Shown in pieces: positions 12,549 through 23,525 of a DNA stretch of 64,000 nucleotides (position 1 is the first letter of the stretch; every line of letters starts with the position of its first letter). A program made the translations under genes and the position numbers. Location of the stretch: assembly GCF_039654945.1 (NCBI RefSeq), contig NW_027361679.1, forward strand, positions 22,072,001 through 22,136,000, written 5' to 3'. A model generated the notes under the pieces. It was not told the origin of the DNA. It searched no databases and saw nothing but the letters and a program-made list of their open reading frames with translations. Origin of the DNA: Dendrobates tinctorius (lineage: Eukaryota).

Positions 12549-12822
12549 TAGTGATGAGCTAGTTTTCCCAAGCATGCTCGGGTGTCCTCCAAGTATCTTG
12601 GTGTGGTCGGAGATTTAGTTTGTGTCAACACAGCTGCATGATTTGCAGCTGCTGGACAGCCTGAATACATGTGGGGGTTGCCTGTTTGTTAGGGAATTCC
12701 CATATGTATTCGGGCTATCTAGCAGCCGCATATCATGCAGCTGTGTTGACACAAACTAAATCTCCGAGCACTGCAAAATACTCGTAGGACACCCGAGCAA
12801 CGAGTATACTTGTTCATCACTA
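12549..12822. mobile_element. hAT-type MITE
   Basis: TAGTGATGAGC...GTTCATCACTA; TSD GTAGTCAC/GTAGCCAC. Confidence 0.85.
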
Positions 12823-13424
12823 GTAGCCACACATTCTACATGGACCATGTTACACTTATTGGTTTTTACCCACGCTCTACAAAAAGAGGTCATGTTTCAG
12901 CCACATACATTATTGTCCTCTATTACATAATCTACATTTCCTATCACTCCATTCATTATTATTACAACAAATGGATCTTTTGGAACATATACTAATTTAT
13001 CAATGTTTTGTGTTTCCAGTTAGAGATTTTAACACTGCTGTCTGGATGAAATATATCTGTTTCAACCTAATTGTTGTATCAGACAAAAATTATGTCTGCC
13101 TTTTCTCAAGGACAAAAAAAAGAAATTAAGAACCACCATGTATCAAAGATTTCTTGCAGATATTGTAACATCGCCATTAGTTAGTAGCCATTCATCCACT
13201 ATGAAAACATTGTGGTTGTTAGGCAGTGCATCCAACCAGACTGTCAGACATTCCTAAGCTGCTGAAAGCTTGATCAGCACTGTGCTAACAGTAAATAGCA
13301 AAAGCCAGCAGTTGTTTCAGAGCTGCCAAGTCAGGACATTCCATACATACCTTAGATTTTTTTAATGCAGTTTAAAATATCTTCTTTTTCCATCTACACC
13401 TTCAGCTTGAGACAGCTCAGAGTC

Positions 13425-14540
13425 CCATGGATTTCAAAATCATCTCTATGCTGATGGCACACAGATCTACCTCTCTAGACCCGATATCACCTCCTCACTA
13501 ACCAGAATCCCACAATATCTGTCCACTATTTAATCCATCTCTGCTTAATTCCTAAAAGTTAACACATACAAAACAGAATTCATCATTTTATTCCCCCATC
13601 TTAATTAACCCCCCCAACAAACCTCCTGCCAATCAGTACATTACTTAACCAAGAATCTTCAAAAACACTATTGCATCTCCTCATCATATACTACCTTGAC
13701 TACTGCAACCTCCTACTGTACTCTGTGGTCACCCTTCTAACACTCTCACGTCCCTACAATCTATCCTAAACTCTGTTGCCTGACTAATCTACCTATTTCC
13801 CCAGCCTCTCCTCTCTGCCAATGCCTTCAATGGCTCCCCTTTGCCCAGAGGCTAGAGTTCAAAACTATAACAGTGACATTCAAAGCCATTAGCAACCTGT
13901 CTCACCCATACATCTGTGAGCTAGTCCCCCGGTACTTAACTGCATGCAACCTCCGATCTGTAAAGGTACTGTCACACTTAGCGATGTACCAGCGATCCTG
14001 ACCAGCGATATGACGCGGTCAGGATCGCTGGTACATCGCTAAGTGGTCGCTAGTGAGCTGCCACACAGGCAGATCTCACCAGCGACATCGCAGGGGACGG
14101 GGGTCGCAACTTACCTGTCACACCAGGCGATCCTGCGTCCTCCCGCCCGGCTCCACGCGTCACTCATCCTCACAGCAGGAAGCGCCACAGGAAGCTGACG
14201 ACGAGAAACAGTCCTGAACGTTCTCGCGCGATCAGCGATAACCAGCGGGGGAGCCGGTCGTAGGTAAGTATCAGACACAGATATCGCTAGCAATATCGCT
14301 ATAACGTCACTAGTTATAGCGATATTGCTAGTGATATCTCTTAGTGTGACATGCCCTTAACTCTACTCCAAAATTTCAGATTCTCATCTACCATGGAAAC
14401 CTTCAAAAGGAACCTGAAAACCTACCTCTTTCAACAAGCCTGCAAACTGCAGTAACCATTGCTCCACTATGCTGCTGCATGAGCAGCTCTACACTCACCT
14501 ACTGTATCTCACCCAGCCCTTGTAGATTGTGAGCCCTCGC
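13425..14540 (+). mobile_element. L2 LINE 3' fragment (degenerate RT)
   Basis: CATCTCTATGCTGATGGCACACAGATCTAC encodes a HLYADxTQIY motif; homologous to the L2 at 26-30 kb; interrupted by a MITE. Confidence 0.8.
13964..14357. mobile_element. PIF/Harbinger-like MITE (AGCGAT/ATCGCT-rich family)
   Basis: AGGTACTGTCACACTTAGCGA ... TTAGTGTGACATGCCCT; TAA TSD; related copies at 42540, 45564 and 48279. Confidence 0.8.
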
Positions 14541-14545
14541 AATCT

Positions 14546-15018
14546 AAGATTAGCTCAGCACAGGATTATGTTTTTAACACATCCAATTGAGGAACTTGTT
14601 TTTTGTTAAGATCTATTGATTACAATGTACTTTATTTGTGAGAAATCCCTTTAAATCAGTTGCAGTTCTGCTCAGTTAATTTTAATTATCACAGATTTGC
14701 TTTACTTTCTAACCCAATCTCTATTGGTTAGGATAAGACCATGCATGAGATCAGTGAGGTAGCCACTAGTGATGAGCGAGTGTACTTGTTGCTCAGGTTT
14801 TCCCGAGCATGCTCCGGTGTCCTCCGAGTATTTTGGCGTCCTCGGAGATTTAGTTTGTGTCAACGCAGCTGCATGATTTGCGGCTGCTGGACAGCCTGAA
14901 TACATGTGGGGGTTGCCTGTTTGTTAGGGAATTCCCACAAGTATTTAGGCTATTTAGCAGCTGCAAATCTTGCAGCTGTGTCGACAAAAACTAAAATGAG
15001 TATACTCGCTCATCACTA
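14546..15018 (+). repeat. Local duplicate of 12326-12822, including the hAT MITE (14767-15018)
   Basis: Colinear from AAGATTAGCTCAGCACAGG to CTCATCACTA; left TSD GTAGCCAC present, right TSD absent. Confidence 0.85.
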
Positions 15019-15230
15019 TTTTTTTTCCCTATAATACAAAGGAAATGTTTCAACTTTAACTTTAGCCCTTTTTGAGATCATTTAGAATCATAGAATCGTA
15101 GAGTTGGAAGGGACCTCCTGGGCCATCTGGTCCAACCCCCTGCTCAAAGCAGGATTCGCTAAATCATCCCAGACAGATGTCTGTCCAGCCTCTGTTTGAA
15201 GACTTCTATTGAAGGAGAACTCACCACCTC

Positions 15231-16016
15231 TCATGGCAGCCTGTTCCACTCATTGATCACTCTAACTGTCAAAAAGTTTTTTCTAATATCTAATCTGTGT
15301 CTCCTCCCATTCAGTTTCATCCCATTGCTTCTAGTCTTTCCTTGTGCAAATGAGAATAAAGATGATCCTTCTACAATGTGACAGCCCTTGAGATATTTGT
15401 AGACAGTTATTAAGTCTCCTCTCAGTCTTCTCTTTTGCAAGCTAAACATTCCCAAATCCAACAACCTTTCCTCATAAGACAGGGTTTGCAGACCGGTCAC
15501 CATTCTGGTCGCTCTTTTCTGATCTTGCTCCAGTTTTTTTATGTCTTTTTTAAAATGTGGCACCCAAAACAGGACACAGTTTTCCAGATGAGGTCTGACC
15601 AAAGAGGAGTAGAGGGCAATAATGACTTCACGTGATCTAGACTGTATGCTTCTGTTAATACATCCTAGAATAGCATTTGCCTTTTTTGCTGCTGCATCAC
15701 ACTGTCGACTCATATTCAGTCTGTGATCTATTAGTATACCCAAGTCTTTTTCACATGTGCTGTTGCTTAGCCATATTCCTCCCATTTTGTATATGCTTTT
15801 TTCATTTTTATTGCCCAGATGTAGTACTTTGCATTTCTCCCTGTTAAAAACCATTCTGTTAGTTGCTGCCCACTGCTCCAGTCCATTTATATCTTTTTGA
15901 ATCTTCTCTCTCTCTTCTCTAGTATTAGCTATCCCTCTTAACTTTGTGCCATCAGCAAATTTAATCAGTTTACCCTCAATTCCTTCATCTAAATTGTTGA
16001 TAAAGATGTTGAACAA
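15231..16016 (-). pseudogene. CR1 ORF2 reverse transcriptase, C-terminal part
   Basis: FNIFINNLDEG..KFADGTKL..EKDLGILID..SLQKRRLRGDLI..WNRLP. Confidence 0.9.
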
Positions 16017-16038
16017 TACAGGGCCCAGGACAGAGCCC

Positions 16039-16840
16039 TGTTATGATTGAGTCACCGTAGGAGGCAAAAACAGAAATGCTAGCTAAGTCCAGAAAACCAG
16101 AGAGGTTGGCAGCTATCGGATTGCAGACCCCTGAACCTATCAACACAACTAGCAGTAGCCGGGGGGGTTCCTATGGTGCCCTAGACCCCTCGATCACAGC
16201 CGGAGAATTAAATAGCCTAAAGACAGAAAGGGAAATCTAAACTGTCCCAGAGCAGGCCCCAAAGCAAAAGGCAGCCCCCCACATATAATGATGGTGAAGC
16301 AAGAAGAAAGAACACAACACAGACAGAAAGATAGACTGAGCAAAGACAGGGCCCAAGCTAACTAGATAGGAAAGGACAGGAAGGCTGCTGTCTGCAATCC
16401 GTGAAAAACCCTATGAAAATAAGAGCCAACAGACTGACAGTGAAAAAGGCCCTGAAGACGCTAGGCTTCAAAAAGACTATGTCAGTACTCAGGAATATTC
16501 TGAAGACAGAGCAACAGGCAAAAGAAGAATCAGCTCACCCCAGCAGGGAATGGCAGAATCCAGAAAAGCAAGGCAAACAAAAACAACACACAAATGCTAA
16601 AAGGCAAAGCAGAAAACTTAGCTTTAGAGGAGCAGGAATCAGACTGGTTTCCTAGAAGTCGACAGAGAAATCACCCGCAGGGCAGAAGGGCGTCGGCAGC
16701 CTTATATCCAGTCCGTGACTCCACTCAGCCAGTCATCATCATTAGACTCAGGTGCCTGATAATCAGGCTCATTACCTTCCTTTACCAGAATAGGGAGTTC
16801 ACCAGACCTCACTGACGAAGGGGAAAATGAACTCACAACA
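16039..16840 (-). repeat. 3' LTR
   Basis: Direct repeat of 21014-21817; preceded on the - strand by the PPT at 16841-16851. Confidence 0.95.
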
Positions 16841-18366
16841 GTACCTCCCCCTTGAGGAGGGGTCACCGAACCCTCAACCACGCCACCAGGGCGATCAGGG
16901 TGAGCCCGATGAAAGGCACACACCAATCTTTTGGCATGAATATCAGAGGCAGAGACCCAGGAATTATCCTCCTGACCATAACCCTTCCACTTAACCAAAT
17001 ACTGGAGTCTCCGTCTAGGCAGACGGGAGTCCAGTATTTTCTCTACCTCATATTCCATGTTACCTTCAACCAATACAGGGTCCGGAGGTGCCACCCCAGG
17101 AACAACTGGTTCAACAAACCTCTTCAACAAGGACTTATGGAACACATTATGGATTTTAAATGTGACAGGGAGAGCCAAACGAAAAGAGACCGGATTAATA
17201 ATCTCCAAAATCTTGTAAGGTCCAATAAATCTAGGATTAAACTTAGGAGAAGCCACCTTCATAGCAATATTTTTTGATGATAACCACACCATATCACCAA
17301 TCTTAAACTGGGGACCAATGGTCCTATGTCGATTGGAAAACCGCTGGGCCTTTTCCTGGGAGAGAGAAAACTTATCCACCACTTGGTCCCAGATTTGGTG
17401 CATTCTCTCCACCACAGTGTCAACACCTGGGCAGGCAGAAGGCTCCACCTGCCCTGAAGAAAATCGAGGATGAAACCCAAAGTTACAAAAAAAAGGTGAC
17501 ATCAAAGTGGCAGAACTAGCCCTATTATTTAAAGCAAATTCGGCCAAGGGCAAAAATGAAACCCAATCATCCTGATCAGCAGAAATAAAACATCTCAAAT
17601 ACGACTCCAAGGTCTGGTTTGTTCTCTCTGTCTGCCCATTGGTCTGAGGGTGAAAAGCAGAGGAGAAGGACAACTGAATTCCCAGCTTGGAACAGAACGT
17701 CCTCCAAAATCTAGACACAAACTGAACTCCTCTGTCAGATTCAATGTTCTCAGGAATCCCGTGCAAGCGAACCACCTGTTGCAAAAACAGGGGCACCAAC
17801 TCAGAGGAAGATGGCAACTTAGGGAGTGGTACAAGATGAACCATCTTAGAGAACCTATCACAAATCACCCAAATAACAGTCATTCTCTGAGAGACAGGCA
17901 TACCAGAGATGAAATCCATTGAAATATGGGTCCATGGCCTCCTGGGGACCGGCAAAGGCATCAACAACCCACTAGAGCGAGAACAAGGTTTAGACCCGGA
18001 GCAAGTCCCACAGGACTGCACAAAATTCCTGACATCATGAGACAAGGTGGGCCACCAAAAAGAGCGACTCACCAGATCTCTGGTACCAAAAATACCTGGA
18101 TGACCAGCCAATGCAGAGCAATGAACTTCAGACATCACTCTCTTCTTCCACTGGTCAGGAACATACAACTTTCCACTGGGACAATGCTCAGGTTTGTCCT
18201 CCTGGAACTCTTGCAGAGTAAGTCTCAAATCAGGCGAGATGGCAGAAAGAACTACCCCTTCGCCTAAGATGGTAGCAGGCTTGGTCACCACAGGAGAATC
18301 AGCAAAGAAGCTCCTAGAGAGGGCGTCTGCCTTGACATTCTTAGTTCCAGGAAGAAAAGAGACCAC
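16702..18366 (-). pseudogene. pol fragment: integrase + chromodomain
   Basis: HHCC (H..GHPG..C..C), ISMDF, SDRGVQF, QTNGQTER, GPY motif, YEVEKILDSR..QYLVKWKGY..SW chromodomain; ORF runs into the 3' LTR. Confidence 0.93.
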
Positions 18367-18370
18367 AGAA

Positions 18371-19444
18371 TCAAAACGTGTAAAAAAACAAGGCCCACCT
18401 AGCTTGTCTAGGGTTCAAGCGTTTGGCCGACTCCAGGTAAATCAAATTCTTGTGGTCAGTGAGGACCACAACTTGATGTTTAGCTCCCTCCAACCAATGT
18501 CTCCACTCCTCAAATGCCCATTTCATGGCCAACAGTTCCCGATTCCCCATATCATAGTTACGTTCAGATGGAGAGAACTTTCGGGAAAAGAAAGCACAGG
18601 GATTCATTTTAGATGTTACAGGATCCTTTTGGGACAAAACAGCTCCTGCACCAATCTCAGAAGCATCCACCTCTACCTGGAACGGGAGTGAGACATCAGG
18701 TTGCCGCAAAACCGGGGCGTAGGTAAATCTTCGCTTCAGCTCCTGAAAGGAAGCAACATCCTCCAGAGACCAATTCAACACATCAGCACCCTTCTTAGTC
18801 AGATCAGTCAATGGCTTGGCAATACTAGAAAATTTTGCTATAAATTTCCGATAAAAATTAGCAAAACCCAAAAACTTCTGGAGGGCCTTCAAAGAAGTGG
18901 GCTGAACCCAATCATAAATGGCCTGTACCTTGGCCGGGTCCATTTCAATAGATAATGGAGACAAAATAAATCTCAAAAATGAAATCCTCTGTACTCCAAA
19001 AAGGCATTTCGATCCTTTGACATACAGGGAATTCTCCCTCAAGATCCGGAACACAGTCCGAACATGTTCCACATGAGAATCCCAATCCTTGGAGAAGATC
19101 AAAATATCATCCAGATAGATAATCAAAAATGTATCCACAAAGTCCCGGAAAATGTCATTCATGAAGCACTGGAAGACAGAAGGGGCATTAGTGAGCCCAA
19201 AAGGCATCACCAGGTACTCAAAATGTCCCTCCGGAGTATTAAACGCCATCTTCCATTCATCCCCCTGCTTAATGCGGATAAGATTATACGCCCCCCTGAG
19301 GTCAAGCTTGGTAAACCAGCAAGCACCTCTAACTCTGGAGACTAGATCCGAAATCAGGTGTAACGGATACTGATATTTAATAGTAATTTTGTTGAGGGCA
19401 CGATAATTAATACAAGGCCTTAAAGAACCATCCTTTTTGGCCAC
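18371..19444 (-). pseudogene. pol fragment: reverse transcriptase + RNase H
   Basis: [45 protein letters not shown]. Confidence 0.95.
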
Positions 19445-20031
19445 AAAAAAACCCCAGCACCTAAGGGTGAAGAGGATGGTCTAATATGACCCTTCTCCAA
19501 TGCCTCCTTAATATAGGACCGCATAGCGTCGTGCTCGGGTACAGATAAATTGAAGAGCCGACCCTTGGGAAATTTACACCCCGGGCTCAGTTCAATTGTC
19601 ATAACTCCTATGAGGAGGCAAGGACGCAGACTCATTCTCACTAAATACATCATAAAAGTCCGCCAAATAGTCAGGAACATCATGCGACTGAGGAGAGGTG
19701 GAAAAACCGGAGCCTCACTAAAGGCACACCGACAACCCCAACTCACCACAGACACAGATTTCCAATCCAAGACTGGATTATGAATTTGCAACCAGGGAAA
19801 CCCCAGAACAACGGCATCATGCAGACCATGTAACACCAAAAATCTGCAATTTTCTTGATGGTCTGGGGCGACCCGCATGACCACCTGGGTCCAAAACTGA
19901 GGTTTATTTTGCGCCAAAGGAGTAGCATCAATCCCCCTCAAAGGGATAGGCGTCTGCAGAGGTGTTATAGGAAATCCACAACGTTTAGCAAAATCCAAGT
20001 CCATTAGGTTTAGCGCTGCTCCCGAATCCAC
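19420..20031 (-). pseudogene. pol fragment: aspartic protease
   Basis: (F)VDSGA active site, VVLGFPWL; internal compensated frameshift. Confidence 0.85.
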
Positions 20032-20135
20032 AAAAGCCTTGGCGGAAATGTGGACAGGGAGCAGATCAGAGTAATTGCCAGAAGAAACTTAGGTTGAACA
20101 CCACCAACAGAAAACGTGTGTGCAAAGCGTTTCTC

Positions 20136-20888
20136 TCATTTAGGACAAACAGAAATAATATGTGAGGCATCTCCACAGAAAAAACACAGCTTATTACGCC
20201 TTCTGAACTCCTGACGTTGCGCCTTAGACAAAACTCTATCACATTGCATAGGTTCAGACGTCTGTTCTACCGGTGGCAACACCTCTCGTGCAATCCTGCG
20301 TTCACGTAAACGCCGATCAACCTGAATGGCTAATGACATAGATTCGTCCAGACCAGACGGAACAGGAAATCCCACCATAGTATCTTTTACCGCTTCTGAC
20401 AAACCCTTCCGAAAGAGAGCAGCCAAGGCATTATCATTCCAGGTAGTAAGGACCGCCCACTTTAGGAACTTTTGACAGTACAACTCTGCAGAATCTCGAC
20501 CCTGGTTCAATGCCAACAGTGTATTTTCAGCCTGATCAATAGCATTAGGTTCGTCATACAACAACCCCAAGGCTTGAAAGAATGCGTTCACATTAGTCAG
20601 AATAGGATCATCTGGTTTCAAAGAAAAAGCCCAATCCTGGGGATCGCCACGCAGCAAAGAGATGACAATTTTAACCTGCTGCGCGGAGCTAACTGACGAG
20701 TTAGGCTTCAAGGCAAAAAATAATTTACAATTATTTTTTAAACTCAAAAATTTAGATCGATCCCCAAAAAATACATCAGGTGTAGGGATCTTTGGTTCAA
20801 CAGCATGCGAACGAGCAAGGTAGGCGGAAATTCCCTGCACTTCCGCAGCGAGCTGCTCCACATGATCAGACAATTGCTTTATCTCCAT
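20136..20888 (-). CDS. Gag (retrotransposon capsid + CCHC zinc knuckle)
   Basis: ISLLRGDPQDWA, QGRDSAELY, FRKGLS, CFFCGDASHIISVC. Confidence 0.88.
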   Translation of the reverse strand: MEIKQLSDHVEQLAAEVQGISAYLARSHAVEPKIPTPDVFFGDRSKFLSLKNNCKLFFALKPNSSVSSAQQVKIVISLLRGDPQDWAFSLKPDDPILTNVNAFFQALGLLYDEPNAIDQAENTLLALNQGRDSAELYCQKFLKWAVLTTWNDNALAALFRKGLSEAVKDTMVGFPVPSGLDESMSLAIQVDRRLRERRIAREVLPPVEQTSEPMQCDRVLSKAQRQEFRRRNKLCFFCGDASHIISVCPK

Positions 20889-21002
20889 TGAGAGAAAAAA
20901 AAAATTCCCCCTACGGCCTCAGAGATAGAGGAAAGAATATACACTTTTTTTTTAAACACAATTCTTGATTCTGCTATTAAGTACCCTAGGATCTGCGGTA
21001 TG

Positions 21003-21012
21003 GCGGGTGATT
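21003..21012 (-). promoter_or_regulatory. Self-priming primer binding site
   Basis: Sense AATCACCCGC just after the 5' LTR, with no TGG; complementary to sense GCGGGTGATT at 21655-21646, which lies ~25 nt downstream of TATAA. Confidence 0.75.
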
Positions 21013-21013
21013 C

Positions 21014-21817
21014 TGTTATGATTGAGTCACCGTAGGAGGCAAAAACAGAAATGCTAGCTAAGTCCAGAAAACCAGAGAGGTTGGCAGCTATCGGATTGCA
21101 GACCCCTGAACCTATCAACACAACTAGCAGTAGCCATGGGGGGTTCCTACGGTGCCCTAGACCCCTCGATCACAGCCGGAGAATTAAATAGCCTAAAGAC
21201 AGAAAGGGAAATCTAAACTGCCCCAGAGCAGACCCCAAAGCAAAAGGCAGCCCCCCACATATAATGACGGTGAAGCAAGAAGAAAGAACACAACACAGAC
21301 AGAAAGATAGACTGAGCAAAGACGGGGCCCAAGCTAACTAGATAGGAAAGGACAGGAAGGCTGCTGTCTGCAATCCGTGAAAAACTCTATGAAAATAAGA
21401 GCCAACAGACTGACAGTGAAAAAGGCCCTGAAGACGCTAGGCTTCAAAAAGACTATGTCAGTTCTCAGGAATATTCTGAAGACAGAGCAACAGGCAAAAG
21501 AAGAATCAACTCACCCCAGCAGGGAATGGCAGAATCCAGAAAAGCAAGGCAAACAAAAACAAAAACACAAATGCTAAAAGGCAAAGCAGAAAACTTAGCT
21601 TTAGAGGAGCAGGAATCAGACTGGTTTCCTAGAAGTCCACAGAGAAATCACCCGCAGGACAGAAGGGCGTCGGCAGCCTTATATCCAGTCCGTGACTCCA
21701 CTCAGCCAGTCATCATCATTAGACTCAGGTGCCTGATAATCAGGCTCATTACCTTCCTTTACCAGAATAGGGAGTTCACCAGACCTCACTGACGAAGTGG
21801 AAAATGAACTCACAACA
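21014..21817 (-). repeat. 5' LTR with TATA box at ~21679-21684
   Basis: Direct repeat of 16039-16840; sense GGATATAAGG. Confidence 0.95.
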
Positions 21818-23525
21818 GAGCCCTGTGGTACCCCACTTGAGACATTCTTCCAACTGGATGTGCAGCCATTTACGACCACTTTTTGGGTCCGATCACTAAG
21901 CCAGTTATGAATCCACCTAACAGTTGCCTTGTCCATTCCATACTTAGTCATTTTTTTCAATAAGGATTGTGTGAGATACTTTGTCAAATGCTTTGCTGAA
22001 GTCAATATATACTATATCTACAGCATTTCCCTGATCCACCCAATCAGTGATTCTGTCACAGAAGGAAATAAAGTTAGTCTGACATGACTTATTAGTTACA
22101 AACCCATGCTGACTCTGTTTAATCACTTCATTCTTATCCAGGTTCTGACATACATGTTGTTTAATAATTTGTTCAAAGATCTTTCCTGGTATAGAAGTCA
22201 GACTCACCGGCCTATAGTTGACGGGGTCCACCTTCTTCCCCTTTTTGAAGATAGGAACAATATTTGCTCTTCTCCAGTCTTCTGTGACTTCTCCTGTTCT
22301 CCACAAATTTTCAAAGATTATGGAGAGCGGTTCAAAAATGTCTTCTGCTATCTTCTTCAGTACTCTGGGGTAATTCATCTGGACCTGGAGACTTGAATTC
22401 ATTTAGGTTAGCTAAGCGTTTCATCACTGTATTTCTGTTTATAGATATTCTGGATTCTTCTATTCCCTTAATAGGACAGTGAAGAATAGTTGATGTTACA
22501 TTTCCTTTCTGAGAGAAAACAGATGCAAAATAGGAATTTAAAAGTTCTGCCTTCTCAACATCCTGTCTTACCATTTCATCATTTTCATCCTGTAAAAATC
22601 CTATAGCATCTTTGACTTTTCTTTTACTTTTGACATATCCCCAAAATCCTTTATTATTGCTTTTGACGTCTCTTGCAAGCCTCAATTCATTGTCAGCTTT
22701 AATAATCTGATTCGTGCCCTGCAGGTTCTGCAGACAGCATTATGTTCTTCTTTAGATATGCCTCACTCTTTCTATTTTATAAACATTTCTTTCTTCCTTT
22801 TTAGCATGTGCTTAAGTACTGTGTTCATCCATCCTGGTTTCCTTAAACACTTCCTATTCTTCCCTCTTTTCGGAATTGTTAACAATTGTGGTTTGAGGAT
22901 TTCATTTTTCAAGATTTCCCATCCTTCCTGGACATTTTTGTCCTTAAGGATATCCAGGCATTGGATCCCTCCAATTCTCTTTTTGAATCCCTTAAAATCT
23001 GCCTTTCTGAAATCTAACCTTGATGTCTGAGTTTTCACTGGTCTTCCTCCTCTAGTTATCCAAAAGTTCTAAAATAGCATGGTCGCTACCTCCTAGAGTC
23101 CCAGCCACTTTTACCTCCTCAACCATTTACTCCCTGTTTGTAAGGATTAGATCCAAGGTAGCTGTTCCCCTTGTTTTCTCCCCTACCTTTTGGAAGATAA
23201 AGTTGTCAGCAAGAGAGGATAAGAATTTCCTTGATCTTTTAGTTTTGCCTGAGACAGATTCCCAACAAATGACTGGATAGTTGAAATCTCCCATGACAAC
23301 TATGTTTTGGAGAACTTGGCCATTTGATGCATAAAGAGTTCATCCATATCTTAAGCTTGCACAGGCGGCCTGTAGTAAATGCTTACAATGGTGTCCTTTC
23401 CATTGTTCTGTCCTTGTATTCTTACCCAAACAGTTTCCACAGAACTCCATTTCATATTGCTTAACTGTTCACAATAACAATGACCAGAGATGCTCAAATT
23501 TTGACATTACACTTTTGCATACTAC

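Larger units (their letters stand above)
16039..21817 (-). mobile_element. Ty3/Gypsy chromovirus (Tf1/sushi group) LTR retrotransposon, near full length
   Basis: LTRs 16039-16840 and 21014-21817 (TG...CA, ~15 differences in ~800 bp); 6-bp TSD GAGCCC; PPT GGGGGAGGTAC abutting the 3' LTR; gag-PR-RT-RH-IN-chromodomain order. Confidence 0.97.
15083..23450 (-). mobile_element. CR1 LINE, 5'-truncated and split by the Gypsy insertion
   Basis: ORF2 fragments 15231-16016 (KFADGTKL), 21679-22005, 21944-22402 (NYRPVSLTS, YIDFSKAFD), 22332-22685, 22772-23038; (ATTCTA/TG)-type 3' tail at 15083-15100; halves rejoin at GAGCCC. Confidence 0.93.

Noticed and set aside
16401-16815. ORFs repeated in the LTRs (also 21377-21792 and 8179-8442)
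   Set aside because: They are antisense LTR reading frames, not conserved in frame between the LTR copies.
16039-21817. Intact active retrotransposon or domesticated gag gene (PEG10/RTL-like)
   Set aside because: Several frameshifts and a stop disrupt gag-pol, and paired LTRs with a TSD show an ordinary recent insertion.
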